Of a stretch of 64,000 bases of DNA, positions 1 through 7,904 are shown piece by piece (the stretch's first letter is position 1; every line of letters begins with the position of its first letter). The notes beneath the pieces were generated by a model that worked only from the letters and a program-made list of their open reading frames with translations, had not been told where the DNA came from and did no database searches. A program made the translations under genes and the position numbers. Source of the DNA: an archaeon (GTDB lineage Archaea > Iainarchaeota > Iainarchaeia > Iainarchaeales > JAAZKV01). Where the stretch lies: assembly GCA_041653195.1 (NCBI GenBank), contig JBAZFU010000001.1:415-64414 (forward strand), written 5' to 3'.

Positions 1-381
1 CCTCAAAGAATAAGTTCTCAAATCACCAATGCAAGGAGGCAACCCTGAAACAGAAACATTAGAAGAACCCCCGCCCAAAATCTTCGCACTAGAAACATTA
101 ACATCAGCACCATCAACATTCAAACCAGTAACCGTAACATCCTCAACACCATTATTCGAAAATTTAAAAACCCCGCCACCATTAGAATCAACAGCAGAAT
201 TAACAATCCCCAAATCCTGCGAAGACCAATACAACTCGCCCTTGCCCTTCGAAATATTCGGAGCTGAACTCATAAAAGAAGAACTCAGAACGACAATAAC
301 CAACCCAATAACAACGATAATTGCAAGAAGAACAACATATTCAATGGTTCCCTGCGCACGGGAGACTGACTCTTTTTGCAT
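1..381 (-). CDS. Class III (archaeal type IV pilin-like) signal-peptide protein; 3' end runs off the window
   Basis: Not in the ORF track because there is no stop in the window. The reverse-strand ATG at 381-379 gives MQKESVSRAQGTIEYVVLLAIIVVIGLVIVVL... The RAQGTIEY motif plus a hydrophobic helix is the archaeal prepilin-type N-terminus. I checked the frame codon by codon and it stays open to position 1. This call displaces + strand ORF 29..391. Confidence 0.6.
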   Translation of the reverse strand, partial: MQKESVSRAQGTIEYVVLLAIIVVIGLVIVVLSSSFMSSAPNISKGKGELYWSSQDLGIVNSAVDSNGGGVFKFSNNGVEDVTVTGLNVDGADVNVSSAKILGGGSSNVSVSGLPPCIGDLRTYSLR

Positions 382-511
382 ATTTGATTAACATTCTACA
401 AGCATATAAACCTTTTTCAAAAAACTGGAACAGTTTCTTTTTTAAAAACAACCACTTCCATTCAATTCAGAAAGATTTGTTTGCTTTGACAATTTGAAAT
501 CGGGTGATGGA

Positions 512-904
512 ATGGTTGATGAAAAAAAGTTTGAAGGTGCGGGTTCGCTGAAGCCGAACCACTATGTTCTGATAGACGGCGAAGTGTGCCAGGTAAAAAG
601 TGTTGAAAAATCGAAGCCGGGAAAGCACGGAGCGGCGAAAGTAAGGGTAGTTGCGTTTAACATCTTTACAGGACAAAAAAGAGGATTGCTGAAAGGAACG
701 GACGCGGAAGTTGAAATACCGATTGTTCCAAAAGCGACGGGGCAGGTAGTTGCAGTAATAGGGGACACCATACAATTGATGGATAAAGAAACCTACGAGA
801 TTTACACTGCGCCGAAGAACGAGGAAGTTCCCGGGCTCGCTTCGGGAATGGATGTCGAATTCCAAAAATACGGCGAAAACATAAAAATAACCCGAAAGAA
901 ATGA
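512..904 (+). CDS. eif5a: Translation initiation factor 5A (aIF5A)
   Basis: Hypusine-loop motif SKPGKHGAAK followed by an OB-fold C-terminus. The ATG at 512 lies 4 nt after GGTGA; the track ORF starts at TTG 494. Confidence 0.9.
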   Translation: MVDEKKFEGAGSLKPNHYVLIDGEVCQVKSVEKSKPGKHGAAKVRVVAFNIFTGQKRGLLKGTDAEVEIPIVPKATGQVVAVIGDTIQLMDKETYEIYTAPKNEEVPGLASGMDVEFQKYGENIKITRKK

Positions 905-1003
905 TTTTCAAACAAAAATTATTTCAAAAAAGTTTTTTGCCCTCACAAAACGAAACCTTTATTAACAACAAAGGGCTCAATCCTACTGAAATGAGGTGAA
1001 TTT

Positions 1004-1264
1004 ATGCCAGGAATAGCAACAATGAGAGTACCTGCAGCGATTGTTGGGAAAAGAAAAGTATCTGCCAAAGCAGCACAAGAACTTCGTAGAATCCGCCAAA
1101 GGAAATACAAAGATGCCGATAGAGCTGTGAGAAGGGTTCCCAGTGGCCCAAAAGCGAACGCTGCATATAAAGATATATTTACCAACGGCAGAAGCCGAAG
1201 CTACGCAGTTAGACATTATGGAGAAAGATTCGCTGCCACAATTTGGCCAAAAAAGGCTCGCTAA
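1004..1264 (+). CDS. Small basic protein, function unknown
   Basis: 86 aa, rich in R/K, with GGTGA 5 nt upstream of the ATG. I recognise no family motif. Confidence 0.45.
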   Translation: MPGIATMRVPAAIVGKRKVSAKAAQELRRIRQRKYKDADRAVRRVPSGPKANAAYKDIFTNGRSRSYAVRHYGERFAATIWPKKAR

Positions 1265-1313
1265 CCTAACTTCGAATAACTAACTTAAAACCAACCACCT
1301 AAATAATTCGATT

Positions 1314-1967
1314 ATGGTGGCAACAAAAAACAAGCTGACCGCAGGCAAAAAACCAAAAGCCCTTCTTTTGCTTTCAGGCGGAATCGATTCGCCGGTAGCG
1401 GGGTTGCTTGCGCAAAAAAAATTCGAAGTGGAAGCGATTCATTTCTCGCAGGCGCCGTTCACGGACGACAGCCCGGAAAAAAAATCAACTGAAGCAGCAA
1501 AAAAACTCGGGCTAAAAGAACTGATTGTTGTTGATGCGGGAAACGAATTCAAAGAAATCGCCGAAAAAGGGGCGAGACCGTTTTACTTCGTGCTGATGAA
1601 AAGATTCATGATGAAAGTGAGTGAAAAAATCGCAGAACAAAGGGGTGCGAAATTTTTGGTGACGGGAGAGAGCATCGGACAGGTAAGCTCGCAAACTATA
1701 AGCAATCTGAACAACATTAACAACGCGACAAAAATTGAAATTCTTCGCCCGCTGCTATTCATGCAAAAACAGGAAATAATCGATTTGAGCATTGCAAACG
1801 GGTTTTACGAAACTTCGAAAGGGCCGGAACTGTGCGACGCGCTCGCAGCCGAAAAACCAAAAACAAAAACAAAAATAATGGAAGTGCTCTTCGAGGAAAA
1901 AAACTGCGGAATGAAAGAGCTCGTTGAAAAAGCATCGAAAAAAATAAGAATTGTTCAAATCAATTAA
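1314..1967 (+). CDS. thiI: ThiI-type PP-loop ATPase domain protein (tRNA 4-thiouridine synthase catalytic half, no THUMP domain)
   Basis: Intact PP-loop LLLSGGIDSPVAG, plus TGESIGQVSSQT and RPL motifs typical of the ThiI C-terminal half. At 217 aa it has no N-terminal ferredoxin-like or THUMP region. Confidence 0.8.
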   Translation: MVATKNKLTAGKKPKALLLLSGGIDSPVAGLLAQKKFEVEAIHFSQAPFTDDSPEKKSTEAAKKLGLKELIVVDAGNEFKEIAEKGARPFYFVLMKRFMMKVSEKIAEQRGAKFLVTGESIGQVSSQTISNLNNINNATKIEILRPLLFMQKQEIIDLSIANGFYETSKGPELCDALAAEKPKTKTKIMEVLFEEKNCGMKELVEKASKKIRIVQIN

Positions 1968-1988
1968 AACTTAATTAACTTGAATTGA

Positions 1989-2300
1989 GTGAATGCCGTG
2001 GAACTGAGTGATTATGTCGGAAAACCCTGCAAGAGCAGAGTCGCCTTTGAATTCAGGCCGAAAAAAGAAATCAAAATCGATTTGGAAAAAGCGGCGAAAT
2101 CACTCCGTGAAGAATTTTCAGTGGAACTCGAATCAAAACTACTCATAATAGTTGCAATCGACGCGCACAGGATTTCAATATTCCCATCGGGAAAAATTTT
2201 GGTGCGCGGAGAAAGAGAAGAAGCAAAAGCCAGAAAGCTCGCGGAAAAAATTTTGAAAAATCTGCCGCAAAACGGGCGGGCAAAAAGTTTTATTAAGTAA
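1989..2300 (+). CDS. Hypothetical 103-aa protein (possible ThiF/MoeB C-terminal-like module)
   Basis: GTG start. The C-terminal ISIFPSGKILVRGEREEAKARKLAEKIL resembles, from memory, the LF.DGRAxIKGT...A module that ends many ThiF-family E1-like enzymes. The call is weak. Confidence 0.35.
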   Translation: MNAVELSDYVGKPCKSRVAFEFRPKKEIKIDLEKAAKSLREEFSVELESKLLIIVAIDAHRISIFPSGKILVRGEREEAKARKLAEKILKNLPQNGRAKSFIK

Positions 2301-2319
2301 TGAAACCATTGTATGTGCT

Positions 2320-2505
2320 ATGGAATTCGTTCTGCTATTCACATCATTCCTAATCGCGGGAATAGCACTGATTTATTCAGGGCTAACATTTCAAATAAAT
2401 TTTTTGACGAACACGGCTATGCTCGCACTCGGCGGAATCGCGCTTGCTATTGATGCCTTCGCACTGCTCGTGCAGGCCGTAAACTGGAAATACTACAAGA
2501 AGTGA
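2320..2505 (+). CDS. Small two-TM membrane protein
   Basis: 61 aa with two hydrophobic helices. Its stop overlaps the start of the next gene. Confidence 0.4.
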   Translation: MEFVLLFTSFLIAGIALIYSGLTFQINFLTNTAMLALGGIALAIDAFALLVQAVNWKYYKK

Positions 2506-2951
2506 TTTTCGTGAATTTTGAACAAAAAGAAAATTGCATCTTTTGCAAATTCGTTACCGGCGAAATAAAACCAGTCATTGTAATGGAAACAGAAAGCGTT
2601 CTCGCAGCGCTCGACATAAACCCTGCGGGCACGCTATGCGGGCACACCCTGGTAATGTCAAAAAAACATTTCGAAAATATTCACGATTGCCCCGATGAGG
2701 AACTAAAAAAAATTATTGTGGCGGTGAAAAAAATTTCTACCGCAGTGAAAGAAGCTTCGGGCGCGGAAGGAATAAACGTAATACAAAATAACGGAAAGGC
2801 TGCGGGGCAACTGATAAACCACGTTCATTTCCACGTAATTCCAAGAGCGAGAGGCGACGGAATTCACTTTGACGAAAACAGGCGCAAACCAAAGCCCATG
2901 GAACTAACCGAAGCCGCTGAAGCAATCAAAAAAGCATTGCAGGAACAATAG
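2502..2951 (+). CDS. HIT-family nucleotide hydrolase/transferase
   Basis: Histidine triad NHVHFHVIPR and an N-terminal CxxC (CIFC). Confidence 0.85.
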   Translation: MIFVNFEQKENCIFCKFVTGEIKPVIVMETESVLAALDINPAGTLCGHTLVMSKKHFENIHDCPDEELKKIIVAVKKISTAVKEASGAEGINVIQNNGKAAGQLINHVHFHVIPRARGDGIHFDENRRKPKPMELTEAAEAIKKALQEQ

Positions 2952-2987
2952 GAAGGGCAAATACTAAAGCAAAAAAGGGATTTTCAA

Positions 2988-3284
2988 GTGAAAAGAAAAA
3001 AAGAAAGCGGACAGGGCGCGGTGGAATACCTTCTGATACTTGCAGCAGGAATAATAGTCGCCGCAACGGTAATCTCATTCTTGATAGGCACTATACCTCC
3101 GGTTGAGGAAACGGGTTGCGAGGGGCTAAAAAACATGCTCTGCGACAGCCTCGACTCAAACACAGCGTTTTGCGCCTGCCAAAACGGAAATGAAAGCTAT
3201 TTCGGAGGCATTGACGCGGGAAAAACATACTGCTGCAAACAAAAATGCCCGACTCTAAAATCGCATTGGCTCTGCGGAGAATAA
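2988..3284 (+). CDS. Class III signal-peptide (pilin-like) protein with a cysteine-rich C-terminal domain
   Basis: N-terminus KESGQGAVEYLLILAAGIIVAATVI is prepilin-like. The last ~60 aa contain 9 Cys. Confidence 0.6.
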   Translation: MKRKKESGQGAVEYLLILAAGIIVAATVISFLIGTIPPVEETGCEGLKNMLCDSLDSNTAFCACQNGNESYFGGIDAGKTYCCKQKCPTLKSHWLCGE

Positions 3285-3489
3285 AAAAACCGTCAAAAAA
3301 AAAGTTTTTGAATTCGGTTTTCCAGCAAAACCAAAATAATTCTTTTCAGTTTCCGAACCAAGAAGATATTAATTCAAGGTGCGCCCCATAATATAAGAAA
3401 AAAAATTTTATAAAATTTCGGGCCTTTTACCAACAAAGTTTCCGAAACTAATTCTCCCACACAATGAGCTGAGTGCCAAAGGCACTATT

Positions 3490-3606
3490 TTCGTCGGTCT
3501 TTTTCTAAAAGACCGATACGAAGCATTATTTTTTGCCGGCTTTTTATTAAAAAGCCGACGCGAAGCATTTAGTTTTTTCGCCAGCCTTTTTCAAAAAAAG
3601 GCTGAC
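3490..3606. repeat. Three tandem ~42-nt hairpin units (GC-clamped A/T palindromes)
   Basis: Stems are cggtctttt/aaaagaccg (3495-3515), cggcttttt/aaaaagccg (3537-3557) and cagccttttt/aaaaaggctg (3582-3604). Units are separated by (a/g)cgaagcatt plus a T6 run. Confidence 0.7.
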
Positions 3607-3655
3607 CGGCATGGAACTCTAAAAAGGGTTTTAAGCCGAAAGAAACGAGCTTTAA

Positions 3656-6600
3656 GTGATGGGAATGGAAACTAATCTGGAAGAAATCGGAAGAGAAGAA
3701 AACGAGGGCGGAGCTTTCACCGAAAAATTCGAGGAATTCTTTAACACCGAATACCGAAAAGAAATAGAAAAAATAATTGAAAATTATCCCGAAAAAAGAA
3801 GCCTGAACGTTGATTTTAAGTTGCTCGAAAAATTCGACCCGACACTAGCGGACGAAATAATTGATAATCCTGACATTCTTTTGAACGCGGCGGATATCGC
3901 AATAAAAAATGTCAATATTCCATCCCTCAATCTGGAAGAATTCAGCCCCCACATAAGGTTCTCGAATCTGCCAAAAGACAGCGAACTCGATTTGAGAGAC
4001 ATAAGTTCAAAACACATAGGAAAACTTGTCAGCATCGAAGGAGTCGCGAGACTAATAACCGATGTTCTGCCGAAAATAAAACTTGCGGTATGGAAATGCA
4101 AAAGATGCGGAAACATTTACCGCACACCCCAGGAAAAACAAAAAGTAAAAATGCCGAATATGTGCGAATGCAATCATCGAGATTTCGAACTAATGGAAGA
4201 TAAAAGCGAATTCATAGATTACCAAAAAGTACAAATACAGGAGCCCTTAGACAAATTGAAAGGAAGCGAACAGGCGGCACATATTGACGTTTACATAATG
4301 GATGATTTGGTAAACAAGGTTTCGGGAGGAGATAAAACAAGATTTGTCGGAATTTTAAGACTCTCTCCGCCGGACAAGGACAAAAAATCCGTTTACCAAT
4401 GGTTCCTCGAAACAAACTCGTTGGAAGAAACACAAAAAGATTTTGATGAAATAGATGTTTCAAAAGAAGACGAAGCCGAAATAAGAAAATTAGCCCGCGA
4501 CCCGAAAGTTTACGAAATGCTGCAGGAAAGCATCGCTCCTGCAATCTACGGCCACGACATGGTAAAACAAAGCATTGCACTTCAACTTTTCGGCGGCGTG
4601 ACAAAACACCTTCCAAATGACCAAAAAATAAGGGGAAACATGCACATTTTGCTGATTGGAGATCCTGGCTGCCTAATCGGAGATGAAAGGGTTGTGATGG
4701 GCGACGGTGCGATAAAAAAAATCGAAGACCTCGGCGACAGCCATCTCCAACAAGTTGACTTTCAAGTTCTCACAGGAGAAGGCGGAAAAAAAAGAGACTC
4801 TGCAACAACATTCTTTTATTATCCCCAAAAAAAAGTAATGGAAATAATTACTGAAAGCGGAAAAAGCATCAAAGGAACACACGACCACCCGCTGCTCTGC
4901 GTCGGAAAAGAAAACGGCAAAGTAAAAAGAGAATGGAAACGCCTCGACCAATTCAAAGTAAAAGACAAAGTGGCGGTTGTAACCAGCATTCCCTGCACCA
5001 TTAATTCTTATGTTCAAACAGGATTCAAAGAACACAAAAGCGCAAGCGGACCAAAATTCAAAGGAAAATTGCCGGAAAAAGTCACGCCCGAACTCGGCGC
5101 ACTGCTCGGATACATGCTCGGAGACGGATGGGTGAGAAAAAAAGAAGCGTACTTTGTTGTTTCTGAACCCGAAAAAGATATTCTCCCGGAACTTGAAAAA
5201 AAAGTGAGAACCCTATTCGGGATAAAACCTTCAATCACTTCAAAAAAAGAAAAAGGGCGAAACGTTTTGTTGCACCGCGCAGGAATGCACTCAAAAGATG
5301 TAGCACAAAACTTATTGTTCCTCCGCGAAAAAAGAGTTCCGACAATAATACTCGAATCGGGAAACAAAGTTGTATCGGAATTCCTGAAATGGCTTTACGA
5401 GGCGGACGGCTGCGTTTTCAGCAAAGGAAGAGGAAGCAGGTCGGTGTCGCTGAAAGCAAAAAATATCGAGCTGCTAAGAGACGTGCAAATCCTCCTACTG
5501 AGATTCGGAATCCACTCAAGAATCGTTGGAAACTCATTGATGATACGAAGAGGAAACTCGATAAAAAAATTCGCCGCAAAAATAGGATTCGCTTCCAAAA
5601 AGAAAAAAGAAAAAATGAAAGAAGCCGCAAAAAATGCGGAAGACCACGCCCGACTCGGACAGCAAAGAAGCGAAAAAATAGTAAAAATAATCGACCACGG
5701 ATTAGAAGATGTTTATGACATTGAAGTGCCCGGAAGCCATAGGTTTATCGCAAACGGAATAATCTCTCACAACTGCGGAAAATCACAATTGCTTCTCGCA
5801 TCGCACCACATCGCACCAAAAAGCATTTATGTCGGCGGAAAAACTACAAGCGGAGTAGGGTTAACCGCATCTGCCGTAAAAGACGATTTCGGAGAAGGCG
5901 GATGGACACTAAAAGCAGGAGCACTCGTGTTAAGTTCCGGTGGAATTTGCATGGCGGATGAATTGGACAAAATGAGTGACGAAGACAGAAGCGCGTTGCA
6001 CGAAGCAATGGAACAGGGAATGATATCCGTTGCGAAAGCCGGAATAGTCGCAAGATTCAAAGCAGACACCTCTCTCCTCGCAGCCGCAAATCCAAAATAT
6101 CACCGCTTCGACCAATACACTCCATTTACCGACCAAATAAATCTTCCCCCCTCCTTAATTTCACGATTCGATTTATTCTTCATGATAAAAGATGTTTTGG
6201 ACAAAGAAAGGGACAGAAAAATTTCAGAACACATACTTCAAACGCACCAAAGCGGAGAAAAATTAAGACAATCCGAAAAAACCGGAAAACCTCTTTCAAA
6301 AAAAGAAAAAGATCACATAGAAAAGATTACTACTCCAATAATTGACGGAAAAGTATTGAGAAAATATGTTTCTTTTGCAAGGCAAACATGCTTCCCTGTC
6401 CTAAGCCCCGAAGCGATAGAAAAAATAACCGAATTTTACATAGCGCTGAGAGACCAGGGAAGAAACGAGTCAAGGTACGCCGCAACGGCAAGACAACTTG
6501 AAGGACTTGTCAGGCTAACCGAGGCAAGCGCAAAAGTAAGACTCAGCGACATTGCAGGAGTAGAAGATGCGGAAAGAGCAATCGCCCTAGTAAAATCATC

Positions 6601-6883
6601 TCTTCAAGACACTATGATTGATCCCGAAACAGGAAAAATAGACATTGACATTGCGACAAGCGGCGTAACTCACACAAAACAAAACGCGCTCACAACAGTT
6701 TTGAGAATAATAAAAGAAGGACTCGGCACGGGCGCCGATGCAGTTCCAATAGAACAAATAATAGAAGAAGCGGCGCAAAAAGGAATCAATGCGGAAAAAG
6801 TTGCCGAAGCTCTGGGCGAACTGGAAAGCAAAGGCGAAATATACAAGCCAAGACACAACCTGATAAAAACAACCAACAAATAA
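3656..6883 (+). CDS. mcm: MCM replicative helicase, interrupted by an intein
   Basis: Zn-finger CKRCG...CEC, Walker A GDPG/CGKSQLL split by the intein, Walker B CMADELDKM, arginine finger SRFDL and a C-terminal wHTH. GTG 3656, ATG 3659 and ATG 3665 are all possible starts. Confidence 0.95.
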   Translation: MMGMETNLEEIGREENEGGAFTEKFEEFFNTEYRKEIEKIIENYPEKRSLNVDFKLLEKFDPTLADEIIDNPDILLNAADIAIKNVNIPSLNLEEFSPHIRFSNLPKDSELDLRDISSKHIGKLVSIEGVARLITDVLPKIKLAVWKCKRCGNIYRTPQEKQKVKMPNMCECNHRDFELMEDKSEFIDYQKVQIQEPLDKLKGSEQAAHIDVYIMDDLVNKVSGGDKTRFVGILRLSPPDKDKKSVYQWFLETNSLEETQKDFDEIDVSKEDEAEIRKLARDPKVYEMLQESIAPAIYGHDMVKQSIALQLFGGVTKHLPNDQKIRGNMHILLIGDPGCLIGDERVVMGDGAIKKIEDLGDSHLQQVDFQVLTGEGGKKRDSATTFFYYPQKKVMEIITESGKSIKGTHDHPLLCVGKENGKVKREWKRLDQFKVKDKVAVVTSIPCTINSYVQTGFKEHKSASGPKFKGKLPEKVTPELGALLGYMLGDGWVRKKEAYFVVSEPEKDILPELEKKVRTLFGIKPSITSKKEKGRNVLLHRAGMHSKDVAQNLLFLREKRVPTIILESGNKVVSEFLKWLYEADGCVFSKGRGSRSVSLKAKNIELLRDVQILLLRFGIHSRIVGNSLMIRRGNSIKKFAAKIGFASKKKKEKMKEAAKNAEDHARLGQQRSEKIVKIIDHGLEDVYDIEVPGSHRFIANGIISHNCGKSQLLLASHHIAPKSIYVGGKTTSGVGLTASAVKDDFGEGGWTLKAGALVLSSGGICMADELDKMSDEDRSALHEAMEQGMISVAKAGIVARFKADTSLLAAANPKYHRFDQYTPFTDQINLPPSLISRFDLFFMIKDVLDKERDRKISEHILQTHQSGEKLRQSEKTGKPLSKKEKDHIEKITTPIIDGKVLRKYVSFARQTCFPVLSPEAIEKITEFYIALRDQGRNESRYAATARQLEGLVRLTEASAKVRLSDIAGVEDAERAIALVKSSLQDTMIDPETGKIDIDIATSGVTHTKQNALTTVLRIIKEGLGTGADAVPIEQIIEEAAQKGINAEKVAEALGELESKGEIYKPRHNLIKTTNK
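4670..5773 (+). mobile_element. Intein (368 aa) with a LAGLIDADG homing-endonuclease domain in the MCM P-loop
   Basis: Starts with CLIGDERVV immediately after GDPG. Ends with IISHN followed by the +1 Cys (CGKSQLL). LAGLIDADG-like motifs are LLGYMLGDGWV and FLKWLYEADGCV. Confidence 0.85.
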
Positions 6884-6975
6884 AAAAAGCCCTAATCTTT
6901 AACGCCAATTTTGCCGACCCTAAAAAAAGCTGCTTGGCGGAAAAACATTAAAACACTTCATAGCAAAAACTAATT

Positions 6976-7884
6976 ATGCCAAGAAAAAGAAAAACCGTAA
7001 AACCAAGACCTGCTGCAAAAAAACAAAAAATAAAATCAAAAAATTCTAAAAGAAACAGAGTAAATTCACGAACAGGAAAAAAATTCAACGCCAACGCATT
7101 CGCACTCTTATTCCTCATTTTTGCGGTCACCGAAATACTCGGCCTGATAGTTGCGCAATCGCTTCTGAAAACAATTCAGGTCGAACCGGTTTTCGGACAA
7201 ACAATAAACGACGCAAGCAACGCAATATACCTTGTCGGGATGATACTCGCAACAACCGCGCTGCTTATTCTTCTGCTGCGAATGAAACGCAAAAGAAACT
7301 TCCTGTGGATAATAGAAGCGCTTGCAGTATTTTCCACATCAACAATAGTATTTGGAACAATTATCGGAGACTATTCCATTCTAGTCGCAATACTTCTCGT
7401 GCTGCTGCGCCAAATGAACCGAAAAAAATTATGGCTTAGAAACCTGACCTGCATAATACTAATAGCGGGAGCCGGCGCATACCTCGGAATTTCACTCGGC
7501 ACACTGCCAATACTAATTTTCATAATCGCGCTTGCAATATACGACATTATTGCGGTTTTCGGAACAAAACACATGGTGACAATAGGAAAGGAAGTAAGCG
7601 AAGGAAACTTCGCATTCACAATTGCTATTCCAACAAAAGAACACAAATTTGAACTCGGAAACGGAGATCTTGTTGTCCCACTAATGGTCGCGTCAAGCAT
7701 AATGGCAAACGGTCCGTTCAAAAACAATTACACAGTGGCTGCGGCCTGCCTCTTAGCAAGTTTCATCGGCCTCGCAATAAGCATCGAAACAGTTTCAAGA
7801 AAAAAAATTGCGCTGCCGGCACTCCCTCCCCAAACAGCACTCATACTAATAGTGATTGCTGCAACATACCTGCTCGGAGCATAA
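6976..7884 (+). CDS. Presenilin / signal-peptide-peptidase-like intramembrane aspartyl protease (A22 family)
   Basis: YD motif (AIYDIIAVF), GxGD motif (LGNGDLVVP) and PAL motif (ALPALPP) in a multi-TM protein. The N-terminal tail is Lys-rich. Confidence 0.8.
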   Translation: MPRKRKTVKPRPAAKKQKIKSKNSKRNRVNSRTGKKFNANAFALLFLIFAVTEILGLIVAQSLLKTIQVEPVFGQTINDASNAIYLVGMILATTALLILLLRMKRKRNFLWIIEALAVFSTSTIVFGTIIGDYSILVAILLVLLRQMNRKKLWLRNLTCIILIAGAGAYLGISLGTLPILIFIIALAIYDIIAVFGTKHMVTIGKEVSEGNFAFTIAIPTKEHKFELGNGDLVVPLMVASSIMANGPFKNNYTVAAACLLASFIGLAISIETVSRKKIALPALPPQTALILIVIAATYLLGA

Positions 7885-7904
7885 TTCAACAAAAAATAGA
7901 GCAC

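Noticed and set aside
29-391. + strand ORF of 120 aa (MQGGNPETETLEEPPP...)
   Set aside because: It has no recognisable features. The opposite strand encodes a convincing class III signal-peptide protein that is open to the window edge, so the + ORF is its antisense shadow.
3490-3606. Tandem hairpin units considered as a mini CRISPR array
   Set aside because: There are only three units. The repeats are not identical, there are no unique spacers of regular length (the inter-unit sequence is itself conserved) and no cas genes are present.
5389-5718. K/R-rich alternate-frame ORFs such as 5389..5718 (+), 9113..9379 (+), 11019..11228 (+) and 46161..46442 (+), which look like basic nucleic-acid-binding proteins
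   Set aside because: They are frame-shifted readings of A/G-rich coding sequence inside the MCM intein, the DUF424-like gene, the KH-protein gene and the DUF373-like gene. None has an SD site or a motif.
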